Assembly (NCBI GenBank): GCA_040954595.2
Contig: CM082583.2
Coordinates: 1,684,925 to 1,748,924 of the forward strand
Length of the DNA stretch: 64,000 nt
Reading direction: 5' to 3'
Source of the DNA: Balanoglossus misakiensis
Lineage: Eukaryota > Animalia > Hemichordata
The first letter of the stretch is position 1. The number at the start of each line of letters is the position of its first letter. Position numbers and translations under genes: made by a program. Of this stretch, positions 1 to 13,200 are shown piece after piece. The notes under the pieces were generated by a model. The model was not told the origin of the DNA, did not search any database, and saw nothing but the letters and a program-made list of their open reading frames with translations.

Positions 1-981
1 CACCAAGACTGTAAAAGAAGGGAGATGATGATGAACTACTATTAATTTTTTTGCCCCTTGTACTGTCTTTACAACTGGCCGTATAAATCTGATATTTGTT
101 TGGCATGCGAATTTTGGAATATGGATGTGTATGATCACAATTATAAGATCCTCAAAATAAAAGATCCTATCATTTCATTTGGTTAATAACCAGTTCATAG
201 GTGAATGGAAATATAGTTACTCACTTTGAGACCTGACATGTATATATAATAATTCAAAGTATTTATTCGCATATTTTTATATTATTCATGGTGTTATAGA
301 TCAATGGAAATTTTTCAAATTAAATTCATGTATATAAAATGTAGCAATGTAATGTCATATGTGAAACCCTTAATCTTGATATTGTAATTCATTGTAGAAT
401 ATGATTATATTGTGTTATTCACTCAACTTGTGCATGTATGTTTAAGATTCATGCAAAATTACTTTTTTATACAAACTGTTCCTTTTTGTGTTGTTCGGAG
501 GTGACAACTCATCAACAATGAAATAAGTTTGGGAAATTTTTGAACAAAGTCATGAAGTGGAAGTACTATAAATAAGTTTAATATCTGTTTGAGTTGTCCT
601 GCCAGAAGTCAACATTTTTAGCTTATACAAATACTGGTGCAACTACAGAACAGTTGAAGAATTTCGTCATTATATTTATGTTTTAATTACAAGTATATCA
701 ATTGTACCTTTTCCTTATATTAAAAGCATATTTTTATTATAATATTTAACTGAGTTCTTTGTCTACTTTTTTAAACTGACAATTTGTCAGTCATTACCAT
801 AACCCTGAAGTGTATTTCACTGTGTCCAGAGATTCTTCTGTAGTTGTTATAATAAGACATCAAACCAGGTCCAATAATCAATATTACTCAAGCTAAGCTA
901 ATTACCAGGTCCAGGTTCAAAAAAGAAATAAGAGAAAAACTTACAATTTCAACAGGATCATCTTGAACCACTGCTAAGTGG

Positions 982-1446
982 TAGTACTCGCACAGGGGGG
1001 CTGCAAACATGAAAGTTATAAATGGCGGAGTTCCTGCATTTTCCCCCAATAAACATTAATTGATGAACAGTCTTTGTGCTTGTTTATTTTTCTGTGTTAC
1101 CTCCACCTGTCTTAGCAGTTGCTAATCCAGAATACAAACTATTGCATTTCCCATTAAGCACCTGCTAACGACTTAATCTGTGTGCCCCATCCACGGATTT
1201 AGTGGATTAAGTAAACATCGGTCAGTTCTCACTTGGTAAGAGAATACCCAGTACTCGCTGACCGATGTTTACTTTATTAACTTAATCCGTGGATGGGGCA
1301 CACAGATTAAGTCGTTAGCAGGTGATTAATGGGAAATGGATAGCTTTTATTCTGGATTAGCAAATGATAAGACAGGTTGGGAAAACGCAGAATGGAACGT
1401 ACTTCGCCATTTATAACTTTCATGTTTGCAGCCCCCTGTGGTACTA
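982..1446. mobile_element. Foldback MITE (near-complete palindrome, about 465 bp)
   Basis: CACAGGGGGGGCTGCAAACATGAAAGTTATAAATGGCG at 991 is the reverse complement of CGCCATTTATAACTTTCATGTTTGCAGCCCCCTGTG ending at 1440. Inner arms (about 1120-1230 and 1260-1360) also pair. No clean TSD found. Confidence 0.75.
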
Positions 1447-2263
1447 GGTGTCGGAAATGGGTAAGCACACCCTTCCAGCATGCTACACCCGTTAAGACTG
1501 ACCCAAAGAGACAGATTTAAGTTGAATTTGACTTAACTAACAAATTACTGTTGCAAGTCAAATCCATATTTTGACTTTATCTCTGACTGAGCGCAGCGTT
1601 GTCTGAGAGACACTCCACGTCTTCCTCTTCCCAAGCAGCCCACTTCAAGTTTCAGCAACATCCATAATAGTCCTAAAGTTGAGGTGCCAGTTAAAATTAG
1701 GTTTTTGGACCAAACTGGAATAGCTGCCGAAGTTTGGTATTTCAAATGATTGTCAGGTCACCTGTTTATTATATGACTGTGAGGTTTCTAACAAAAGGGA
1801 GATGACATACAATCACAAGTGTAAATCCAATATTGAACATTACTTAAAGGGACAAATTGTTCAAATCCTCTTTTGAGCTTATTTGGTCAATTTTGTTTGA
1901 TATGAAATGTGCCTATTATGCTGTTTGACTTCTTTAAACATGCTTAAATACTGGCCAATAAATAACTCCACTATGTTTGAAATTAAACCAGATAGTACAA
2001 TAATACATTCCAAATGTCATCTGTGATAACATCATGCTTTGGACTTTTTTACTTTATATATTACATAACATGTTACGGAGGGGGGAGAGAGGTGAGAAAA
2101 GGAATGTGAGAAAGGAGAAGAAAAGCAAGAGGGCGGAAATGAGAATGTCAGGATGGAAAGGGAATGAGGTGAGGACTTTGACAGAAGGGGTGGGGAGAGA
2201 CCGAATAAGTGAAGGTGAGAGAGGAAGTGGTTAGACAGGAAGAAAGGGAAATTAAAGCTCAAT

Positions 2264-2314
2264 CACCACCACCACCACCACAATCATCATCATCACCATC
2301 ATTGCCATCATCAT
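2264..2314. repeat. (CAC)n/(CAT)n microsatellite following a purine-rich low-complexity tract (about 2075-2250)
   Basis: Read directly from the sequence. Confidence 0.8.
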
Positions 2315-4049
2315 TCTGGAGGCATCGTGGCCTGTATTGGCCCATGGGCATCATGGGCCAAAAAAACTGATTCAGTGTAAATGTGCATAAACCACACTTT
2401 TGTACGAACTCCTGTAACCGGTGACGCAAGTCGTGAGTGAATTTGTGGGCGTGTCGCGACCTTTTCTGTGAACGTGATGCAGAGTGATATATTGATGACC
2501 CCCAGCCACCCCCACACCCTTTGGTAACACACTTCTTAAACTTTCTTTACATAGAATGGACTTCTCAAACCTTCCTTACCAAAGTTCTGATTAAAGATAT
2601 CTATCTTCTAGGGTACTACCAACAGCGTTTCACGTGACTGTAGACAAGCATCAAGTACCTGTACACAGACAAGGGCGTGCGCGCGTCCACAATAATTTAA
2701 AACGAATGTTTCCACCGCCGTGTGTTTTATGCACATAAACACTGAATCAGCTTTAATATTGTCCCATGATGCCCCGTGAGTTGTCAGGGTACCAAACTGA
2801 CAATGCTGGAGAAAAAATGAAGTGTTGACATGCATGTTGTTGAGGGGTTTCACAATGCATGTTACGGACGCTGGTTTCTCTTAGCAATAGAGTAGAGGCG
2901 TAAGGATGGGTTGATCTTGTGATTAAGAATTTTGGCAAAGAAACAGAAATTGTGTCATTTAGTTTTGTATTAAACCCTATTCGCGTATTTTGTGTTAAAG
3001 CACGAAATACTGCAATAATGAGATACGGTAGTATTTAACACATATAATATATGATATAATATAGCTTTATCAATACCAGTGAATTTTGTGACGTCATTGC
3101 TGTACATTTTTTTATCTTTTATTTAAAACGCAAAATGTTACATCAACAAATCAAAAGAAGAAACGAACTGAAAACTCACATCATAGCTTCAAAATTTATT
3201 ACACTTTCTGGATGGTTGCATGATTCCTAAGGCTTGTATACCTTCAACCTCAATGTCACGCGGGAGGATTGGTGTTGGGAATGTAACGGGGAATTAAACT
3301 CTATCGATGGGGATAACTCGCTTGGCTAATACTGAGAGGTACCTATATGGAATCGTGCTGACGTCCAGATACATCGACACGAACACTGGGTATTTATGGT
3401 AGCAACTGAGAATATAAGAATTTAATGAAATAAACCTACTCGACCACTTGCGTTCTGAGGACAAGAAGGACACAAATAGTCCGCCATCCAAAAGACCGTT
3501 CAAGCATTTTATTTTTACCCGCCAAAAGACGCGGAGATATATTTTTAGATGAATGATCCATGCATACTCTGATTGCATAGTACTTGTCTTCCTTGTGTTC
3601 CTTAAAACAATGAATGTATTGTATTTTCTTTTCTTTTCATCAGGAATGCGATAACTTTCTTAACACTTCAAAAGTTTCTTTACTCTTCAATCACTTCTGT
3701 CTCAACTTTTAAGTTTAACTTTTACTTCCAAATCTCAGGTCACAAACTCTATAGACTGCTAAACAATTTTCTTCCTAGTGTTGTATGCGCCACTTGTGAA
3801 TTTTTGCGAGTGAGATTCACGGGCGTTTGAGCACAATTTATACAAAATATGTTTATCGCCATTAGAAAAACGTTCGCGTAGAATCAATGACGTCATGGTA
3901 AATTTTAGCTGCATGCTCCAATAGGGATGATAGGGAGACTACTTGTTGTAGAGCAAAGAAAATGTACGTATTTCGTCACTTCCTTTTCGCGAAATTTAAT
4001 TCTTAACGGCATCTTAGTTTTAAGATTTGTGATTTCTTTTTTCTTCAGT

Positions 4050-4345
4050 TGTACATTTGCATCACGGGATACTTCTTTGTAGACTATCGAACCTTGGCAT
4101 CTCAGACACAGTACTAACATGGTTTACATCTTACCTTCAATATAGATATCAAACTGTAATCATCGAAAACACTGCAAGTTCACAGTCACCTCTCGTATAC
4201 GGGGTGCCACTGGCCCTCTCTTGTTCACCATTTATATAGCCCCACTTTATAGTAAACTGATTCGTCCCCACATCCTACAATTTCATCAGTACGCCGATGA
4301 TAACCAGCGATACCTCGCCTTTTCCCATCAAGATTCAACCTCTGA
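4050..4345 (+). pseudogene. Degenerate non-LTR (L2/CR1-type) reverse transcriptase fragment
   Basis: ORF HGILLCRLSNLGISDTVLTWFTSYLQYRYQTV...YGVP. After frameshifts it continues as LFTIYIAPL and FHQYADD (TACGCCGATGAT at about 4291), the RT catalytic motif. Confidence 0.75.
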
Positions 4346-4392
4346 CGTTCCTGTCTTCTAAGGATTGTTGAACTTTAATTCATGCAGTTTGT

Positions 4393-4932
4393 TGTTACGG
4401 CCGGTCGTCCTCCGGACGTTTACCTCATCGGCTTCTGTGGGGAATCAGCCACGTCCGAAGGCTGACGGCGTACATTCTCTCCATCTCCTTCTCCACCCAA
4501 CATATTCATAAAGTCCGAGAGAGGTACCCGGCAGATCGTAAACCTTTCGTAGACAGAGACTTGCAACAAGTTTTCCGAGTAACACAAAGTTCTGGTTTAT
4601 TACTGGTCACACGTAAGAATTACACGACTCGACCCATGCTCGTTGACTCCCATCACGGATCTCCGGTGATAAACGTGTGATCTCAAATTTCACCACACCT
4701 TATTAATACGTTAGTCAAGTATTAAGTCATAAAAGGAACACGTCATCTTAATATATCTTAAACATGAACTTAGCACGTGATATCTCTATCTCGTTCTGAC
4801 ATGTATCAATTACACAATCTTGTTTACTCTGGGTCAAGTACCTATGTCAATACTGGACTAAAACCATACAAGTGAATGACTTCTTACGTAATCATAGAAA
4901 AGATCTATGAGCGTTAAAACTCAGTCGTGACA
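4393..4932 (-). repeat. 3' LTR of the non-autonomous LTR element
   Basis: TG...CA ends, direct repeat of 9590-10129, PPT adjacent. Confidence 0.8.
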
Positions 4933-5391
4933 CTTTCCCACTTTTCCAATAATCGAACTTCCACGTTCGATCAAAGAAAGAATGAAAACGAAAACCAGGT
5001 CTGCGCTATCGGTTTTAAATACACTACGTCAAAATCAAACTCAATAATCACCTTTAAATAATATCACAGCCTGTTCAAACAAATTAAAGAAAATCGCATA
5101 AAACGTTTTCAATGTCAAAATTCAAAACGACTTCACTGTTCTGACTTCTCGTCAAAGAGTGTCTCTTTTCCAGTGAAAAATTCAACAGTCAATAACCGCG
5201 TAAAAAAATCAAGTCTGATAGTTCTTTCGTACAAACAGTCTCTTCACTGCTGTACTAACGGAGCAGGCACATTCCAAAGATGCTCTCGAACACAATAACG
5301 GTTCCGGATAATACCGCCAAGTACGGAGCATTTCAGAGTGGATCATAATGCAATACAAGCTCGTATTAAACAGTAAAAATGAATTTAATGA

Positions 5392-5788
5392 ATGTTAAAA
5401 GATCTTAATTTAATACCACTATCTGATCGCAGGAGAGAACAGCGGCTTCATCTTATGTACAAAATCGTAAATAACCAAATCGCAACTCCAGCCGAAAGTC
5501 ATATTAAATTCAACCCACGTACATCCAGGAATTCACACTCAAGACCCCTGTTCATACAAATGTGCAAAACAGATACTTACAAACACTCCTTCATTCCGCG
5601 AACCATTATTGACTGGAACCACTTACCAGATAACATTGTAACTAGCACAAACCTAGAGCAATTTAAAGCTGGTCTTTCAGGAATAACTAGTCATCACGAC
5701 TAAATTCACCTTGCGCACCTGCAGGATTACTGCTCAATTTCTGAGTTACTCTGCAGTATTAGACAGATACAGATACAGATACAGATAC
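5392..5788 (+). mobile_element. 5'-truncated LINE (CR1-group) 3' end with (AGATAC)n tail
   Basis: ORF 5392-5703 (LSDRRREQRLHLMYKI...YKHSFIPRTIIDWNHLP) is a typical LINE ORF2 C-terminus. A tandem AGATAC tail follows at 5761-5788. Confidence 0.8.
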
Positions 5789-6299
5789 ACTTCATCATAC
5801 TGTCAGGTTCAAAAATAACCACGAAACGAATTATTATGTGAAAGAATGCGTAAGACTACAATAAAATCACGCTCAACTTCAACTACACTCTGGGACTTCT
5901 CTCTTGTCCCTCGTATGAACTCACATGCCAACTCAAAGGGCCATTTTCATACGCCAGACCGTCTCCCTTGCGGTCATTAAAACATCACGACTTCATCACC
6001 AGACCGTCTCTCTTGCGGTCATCACAAAAACTTCAACAACTCCTCAAAAACCTATTAAACGTCACTACACTTCACGGCATCACTTCAACAAAAGAATACA
6101 CATTTACAATGTCGAAAACAACGCAAAAACTTGGTGGAAAACAATATCAAATCAAAAGCGGTTAATAACGGTCAGTCAACTCACGTCTACTAACTCTTCT
6201 TATGTGAAAGGATGCGTAAGACTACAATAAAACTCAAAGGGCCTCTCTTCAATGTTAGTCATCATACCCTTCCACCCTGCGATTTTTATGAACACTTTT

Positions 6300-9159
6300 C
6301 CCCCCAGCTTTATAATTCATTTTGTGTTTCCCAGAAACGTTGATGCCTTAAAATTACTATATGAAGATATTATCAAGTCCAAATTCGCTATCATTGGAAT
6401 TTCTGAAGTATGGGACCCAAATAACTTAAGTATTTGTAATATGCAAGATTACACATTAGAAGTGAAGTCTCGTGAAGTAGGAAGGGGTGGTGGGGTTGGG
6501 GCTTACATACATTCATCAGTAATCTACAAGCTGCTTCGAGCAAGTGTCAGTCACTCAGAATCACTCTGGATGGAGGTACAGGTTAAAAATACGAAGATAA
6601 TTATGGGAATAATCTACAGAAAACCTAATACTGATATAACAGAATTTCAAATTAGTCTCGTGCAAGTTTTAAATGAGTTCAGATGTGACAAAAATAATTG
6701 TATTTTAATGGGCGATTTTAATATTGATACTAACATAAGACTGACCAACCCCAATATAGATTCATATCTATCCTCCTTGGAATGTATAGGCTTAAGACAG
6801 CTGATATCTATCCCAACCAGAGTGACTAGTTCATCTGAAACTTTAATTGACCACATCTACACAAAAAATAATCAACGTCCTATTCATGCTGGCACTATAA
6901 TCACAGATATTTCAGACCATTTCCCTGTGTATACTCTTTTAGAAAATATTCCTCTAAAATTGCCACAAAAAGAGAAAATTATTTTCAGAAATTTCAAAAA
7001 CTATAGTCCCTCCCAATTTTACGACGATCTTGAAAACACAACATGGGATTCTGTGTACCATTCCTCTGATGCTAATGAGGCTTACAACAATTTTTATTCA
7101 GTCTTTAATGAAATGTGTGATAAACATGCACCTATTTCTACAAAATCCTATAGTACCAAAAAAATAAAAAAACCTTGGATCACCAAATCACTTAGAAAAT
7201 CTATTAACACCAAACATAGGCTATATAACAAATTATATAAATCAAAATTTAATAATGCTGTTGCTGTTGATAATTATAAAAAATATCGAAATATTTTATC
7301 GGCTTTACTCAGGAAAGCCAAACAGATGTACTATAGCAATATTTTTATACAAAATGAAAATAACACTACTGCAATATGGAAAACAATTAGACAGATACTT
7401 GGAAGCCAAGGTAATGCCAGTCAATCTCTGCCAGATAATCTGTGTGTTAAGTCTAATGGTAAGGTACGAACCGTAAATAAGAAAACTGATATTGTCAATG
7501 AGCTAAATAACTACTTTGTTGGTATTGGTCCAGACCTTGCTAGTAAAATAAAGTCTAACAATTGCAACTTCAATAATTACCTCAAGGCACCCATCTCAAA
7601 CTCAATCTTTCTTGCCCCAACAACTCAGTTTGAAATACAAAAAATTATTTGTAGCCTAGATCCTTATAAAGCTTGTGGCCAAGATCAAATTCCTGCTGGA
7701 CTTCTTATAGATGGAGATGCTGTAATATCTAAACCATTAGAATACATATTCAACCTCTCCTTTCAATAAGGAATATTTCTGAAAGCCCTAAAATCAGCAA
7801 AAGTTATACCAAGTTTCAAGAAAGGAACCACTGATGATCCAGGAAATTACAGACCAATATCAATTTTACCTCTTATAAGCAAAGTCTTAGAAACAATAGT
7901 CAACTCCCATCTTACCAACTTTGTAGAACAATTTAATATTCTATATGAACATCCGTATGCCTTTCGACAAAAATATAGTACCAAACTCTCTCTGATCAAT
8001 CTTGTCAATTATCTCATTAAGCAACTTTATGCTGGCAGAATTACACTTGGCATTTTCCTTGACTTTTCAAAAGCCTTTGATACCATTGATCATACAATAT
8101 TACTATCTAAACTCTCTCACTATGCTATACGTGGACGTCCTCTACAATGGTTTACAGATTATTTAAAAGATAGATGTTGGTTTTCTCCACATAAATAATA
8201 TGGTCATAAATGAGGTAGAAGCTGCATCATTTGTTGGCATTCTCATTGACAGGCATCTTACCTTGTCAAAACATATCCAGATGCTAAACACAATCATCAG
8301 AAAGAAAGTTGGCATTCTCTTTAAACTCAGACATTTTGTACCTACCCCTATACTTACCTTACTCTACAAATCACTTATCCAACCACATATAACATACGGC
8401 CTCGAAGTATGGGGGTCAACATATCCTTCATATCTCAACCGTATTAAGTTATTACAAAAAATGGCAGTAAGAGCAATAACCTTCAGTGTTTTCACAGCTC
8501 ATTCAACTCCTTTATTCCATAAATTGAAAATCCCTGATATTTTCAAATTACATAAGCTCCAGGTATGCTCCTTCATGTATGATCTTGTACACAATAATCT
8601 TCCACAAAGGCTGACAACCTACTGTCAATTACCTCTCCATGATTACAGTACACGCCACAAAAACCAAGGTAATCTCCATATTCCAAGTGTAAATACAACA
8701 ATGGGCAAATTTGCAATATCTTATAATGGCCCTCTCTTATGGAATTCATTACCAGAACAAATAAAAAACAAAAAATCCCAAAAAACTTTCCGGTACTCGC
8801 TCAAACAGATGTATTTAGAAAATTAACTATAAATATATACATCTTTATATATAGTAGTTTATTTATTAATTCAATGTATTTATTTCATTCAATTTTAGCT
8901 ACTGTCTATGTACATAATTGCCTTTACAGTGTACATGCCTAATATTGCTTCTATCTAGGAAATACACTGCCCTCAATAAGAAATGTAACTATTTTTTATA
9001 CCGCAATGTACAGAGGAATGGGAACAGACTTGACTAGCACCTGCTATTTTCTGTTCCCAATTACCTTTTCATTCAACCTGTCTCACTCATGAGTTATGTA
9101 AATACTTTTCAACTTTTCAACAAGGGTAATAAATTGAATTGAAATTGAATTTAATTGAA
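6300..9159 (+). mobile_element. LINE (L2/Crack/CR1 group), ORF2 pseudogene: APE endonuclease plus internally deleted RT
   Basis: APE motifs IIGISEVW, GGGVG, IYRKPN, MGDFNI, LIDHIY, SDHFP in ORF 6252-7769. After a stop come PGNYRPISILP and FLDFSKAFDTIDH. The RT core with YADD is missing near 8175. C-terminal ORF 8200-8826, then AATAAA and an (AATTG)n tail at about 9128-9159. Confidence 0.9.
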
Positions 9160-9589
9160 CTCACGTCATCAGAGTAGACAAAGAAAATACGATCACGCAA
9201 TATTTCAATGATCAAATCTCTCAAACTATAGATTAAAAAGGCTGATTATTCAGTTCAATGTCATTCTATCACAGTTCTTTTGCGATAGCAGACGATTCAA
9301 GAGTCTTCCCTTCTTCATTCCACGAGACCTCTTTTCTTCGTCGCCAGAACTGCTTCAACTACATGCTTCTGGATTCGACGCCCCTCTGATCAAACAACAG
9401 ATCCATCGTTGAAAACCCATCCACGCATTCCACGCAGTCAACAGTCAGCACCAACCTTTTTTCTGTTCTCGTTTCCTTCTGAAGCAGACCATTGGATCGT
9501 CCGTTTCGCCAGCTTTTTTTCTTCTTACTTCTTTCTCGGTTCAGGAATCAGTGGCAACATCTCTGCCTACCCGGATTCTAACACCATCT

Positions 9590-10129
9590 TGTTACGGCCG
9601 GTCGTCCTCCGGACGTTTACCTCATCAGCTTCTGTGGGGAATCAGCCACGTCCGAAGGCTGTCGGCGTACATTCTCTCCATCTCCTTCTCCCCCCAACAT
9701 ATTCACAGAGTCCGAGAGAGGTACCCGTCAGATCGTAAACCTTTCGTAGACAGAGACTTACAACAAGTTTTCCGAGTAACACAAAGTTCTGGTTTATTAC
9801 TGGTCACACATAAGAATTACACGACTCGATCCATGCTCGTTGACTCCCATCACGGATCTCCGGTGATAAACGTGTGATCTCAAATTTCACCACACCTTAT
9901 TAATACGTTAGTCAAGTATTAAGTCATAAAAGGAACACGTCATCTTAATATTTCTTAAACATGAACTTAGCGCGTGATATCTCTATCTCGTTCTGACATG
10001 TATCAATTACACAATCTTGTTTACTCTGGGTCAAGTACCTATGTCAATACTGGACAAAAACCATATAAGTGAATGACTTTTTACGTAATCATAAACAAGA
10101 TCTATGATCGTTAAAACTCAATCGTGACA
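9590..10129 (-). repeat. 5' LTR of the non-autonomous LTR element
   Basis: TG...CA ends, direct repeat of 4393-4932, PBS adjacent. Confidence 0.8.
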
Positions 10130-10277
10130 CTTGTATTACCGCTGGTTTCTCATGATTGTTCATGCATAGGGGAATCTGTAGCGATGAGGTAACGGGCTCT
10201 GACGGGAACCGTGATCCACGGAGACACGGATCTGATTTACGTTCATTTATTGTCCGGAATTATTATAGTACAGTGTC

Positions 10278-13200
10278 GTGGCCAGCGTCGTGCCCATCAA
10301 TTTTGAGTGTTTGGTGGGGTCAACCTTTGCGTCAACATTGATTAACCAGGCCATGCAGAGCTAGTGGCCAGTGTCGTGCCCATCAATTTTGAGTGTTTGG
10401 TGGGGTCAACCTTTGCGTCAACATTGATTAACCAGGCCATGCAGAGCTAGTGGCCAGTGTCGTGCCCATCAATTTTGAGTGTTTGGTGGGGTCAGCCTTT
10501 GCGTCAACATTGATTAACCAGGCCATGCAGAGCTAGTGGCCAGTGTCGTGCCCATCAATTTTGAGTGTTTGGTGGGGTCAGCCTTTGCGTCAACATTGAT
10601 TAACCAGGCCATGCAGAGCTAGTGGCCAGTGTCGTGCCCATCAATTTTGAGTGTTTGGTGGGGTCAGCCTTTGCGTCAACATTGATTAACCAGGCCATGC
10701 AGAGCTAGTGGCCAGTGTCGTGCCCATCAATTTTGAGTGTTTGGTGGGGTCAGCCTTTGCGTCAACATTGATTAACCAGGCCATGCAGAGCTAGTGGCCA
10801 GTGTCGTGCCCATCAATTTTGAGTGTTTGGTGGGGTCAGCCTTTGCGTCAACATTGATTAACCAGGCCATGCAGAGCTAGTGGCCAGTGTCGTGCCCATC
10901 AATTTTGAGTGTTTGGTGGGGTCAGCCTTTGCGTCAACATTGATTAACCAGGCCATGCAGAGCTAGTGGCCAGTGTCGTGCCCATCAATTTTGAGTGTTT
11001 GGTGGGGTCAGCCTTTGCGTCAACATTGATTAACCAGGCCATGCAGAGCTAGTGGCCAGTGTCGTGCCCATCAATTTTGAGTGTTTGGTGGGGTCAGCCT
11101 TTGCGTCAACATTGATTAACCAGGCCATGCAGAGCTAGTGGCCAGTGTCGTGCCCATCAATTTTGAGTGTTTGGTGGGGTCAGCCTTTGCGTCAACATTG
11201 ATTAACCAGGCCATGCAGAGCTAGTGGCCAGTGTCGTGCCCATCAATTTTGAGTGTTTGGTGGGGTCAGCCTTTGCGTCAACATTGATTAACCAGGCCAT
11301 GCAGAGCTAGTGGCCAGTGTCGTGCCCATCAATTTTGAGTGTTTGGTGGGGTCAGCCTTTGCGTCAACATTGATTAACCAGGCCATGCAGAGCTAGTGGC
11401 CAGTGTCGTGCCCATCAATTTTGAGTGTTTGGTGGGGTCAGCCTTTGCGTCAACATTGATTAACCAGGCCATGCAGAGCTAGTGGCCAGTGTCGTGCCCA
11501 TCAATTTTGAGTGTTTGGTGGGGTCAGCCTTTGCGTCAACATTGATTAACCAGGCCATGCAGAGCTAGTGGCCAGTGTCGTGCCCATCAATTTTGAGTGT
11601 TTGGTGGGGTCAGCCTTTGCGTCAACATTGATTAACCAGGCCATGCAGAGCTAGTGGCCAGTGTCGTGCCCATCAATTTTGAGTGTTTGGTGGGGTCAGC
11701 CTTTGCGTCAACATTGATTAACCAGGCCATGCAGAGCTAGTGGCCAGTGTCGTGCCCATCAATTTTGAGTGTTTGGTGGGGTCAGCCTTTGCGTCAACAT
11801 TGATTAACCAGGCCATGCAGAGCTAGTGGCCAGTGTCGTGCCCATCAATTTTGAGTGTTTGGTGGGGTCAGCCTTTGCGTCAACATTGATTAACCAGGCC
11901 ATGCAGAGCTAGTGGCCAGTGTCGTGCCCATCAATTTTGAGTGTTTGGTGGGGTCAGCCTTTGCGTCAACATTGATTAACCAGGCCATGCAGAGCTAGTG
12001 GCCAGTGTCGTGCCCATCAATTTTGAGTGTTTGGTGGGGTCAGCCTTTGCGTCAACATTGATTAACCAGGCCATGCAGAGCTAGTGGCCAGTGTCGTGCC
12101 CATCAATTTTGAGTGTTTGGTGGGGTCAGCCTTTGCGTCAACATTGATTAACCAGGCCATGCAGAGCTAGTGGCCAGTGTCGTGCCCATCAATTTTGAGT
12201 GTTTGGTGGGGTCAGCCTTTGCGTCAACATTGATTAACCAGGCCATGCAGAGCTAGTGGCCAGTGTCGTGCCCATCAATTTTGAGTGTTTGGTGGGGTCA
12301 GCCTTTGCGTCAACATTGATTAACCAGGCCATGCAGAGCTAGTGGCCAGTGTCGTGCCCATCAATTTTGAGTGTTTGGTGGGGTCAGCCTTTGCGTCAAC
12401 ATTGATTAACCAGGCCATGCAGAGCTAGTGGCCAGTGTCGTGCCCATCAATTTTGAGTGTTTGGTGGGGTCAGCCTTTGCGTCAACATTGATTAACCAGG
12501 CCATGCAGAGCTAGTGGCCAGTGTCGTGCCCATCAATTTTGAGTGTTTGGTGGGGTCAGCCTTTGCGTCAACATTGATTAACCAGGCCATGCAGAGCTAG
12601 TGGCCAGTGTCGTGCCCATCAATTTTGAGTGTTTGGTGGGGTCAGCCTTTGCGTCAACATTGATTAACCAGGCCATGCAGAGCTAGTGGCCAGTGTCGTG
12701 CCCATCAATTTTGAGTGTTTGGTGGGGTCAGCCTTTGCGTCAACATTGATTAACCAGGCCATGCAGAGCTAGTGGCCAGTGTCGTGCCCATCAATTTTGA
12801 GTGTTTGGTGGGGTCAGCCTTTGCGTCAACATTGATTAACCAGGCCATGCAGAGCTAGTGGCCAGTGTCGTGCCCATCAATTTTGAGTGTTTGGTGGGGT
12901 CAGCCTTTGCGTCAACATTGATTAACCAGGCCATGCAGAGCTAGTGGCCAGTGTCGTGCCCATCAATTTTGAGTGTTTGGTGGGGTCAGCCTTTGCGTCA
13001 ACATTGATTAACCAGGCCATGCAGAGCTAGTGGCCAGTGTCGTGCCCATCAATTTTGAGTGTTTGGTGGGGTCAGCCTTTGCGTCAACATTGATTAACCA
13101 GGCCATGCAGAGCTAGTGGCCAGTGTCGTGCCCATCAATTTTGAGTGTTTGGTGGGGTCAGCCTTTGCGTCAACATTGATAAACCAGGCCATGCAGAGCT

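Larger units (their letters stand above)
4393..10129 (-). mobile_element. Non-autonomous LTR retroelement with two 540-bp LTRs and nested LINE insertions
   Basis: Near-identical direct repeats 4393-4932 and 9590-10129, each TGTTACG...CGTGACA. On the minus strand a PBS-like TGGTGTTAGAATCC lies 3 nt inside the right LTR and a PPT AAAAGTGGGAAAG abuts the left LTR. Flanks TTTGT/CTTGT give a 5-bp TSD with one mismatch. No gag or pol is present internally. Confidence 0.8.

Noticed and set aside
2032-2262. ORFs on both strands
   Set aside because: Low-complexity purine/pyrimidine tract.
9409-9877. ORFs overlapping the right LTR
   Set aside because: They lie in LTR or leader sequence and have no gag or pol motifs.
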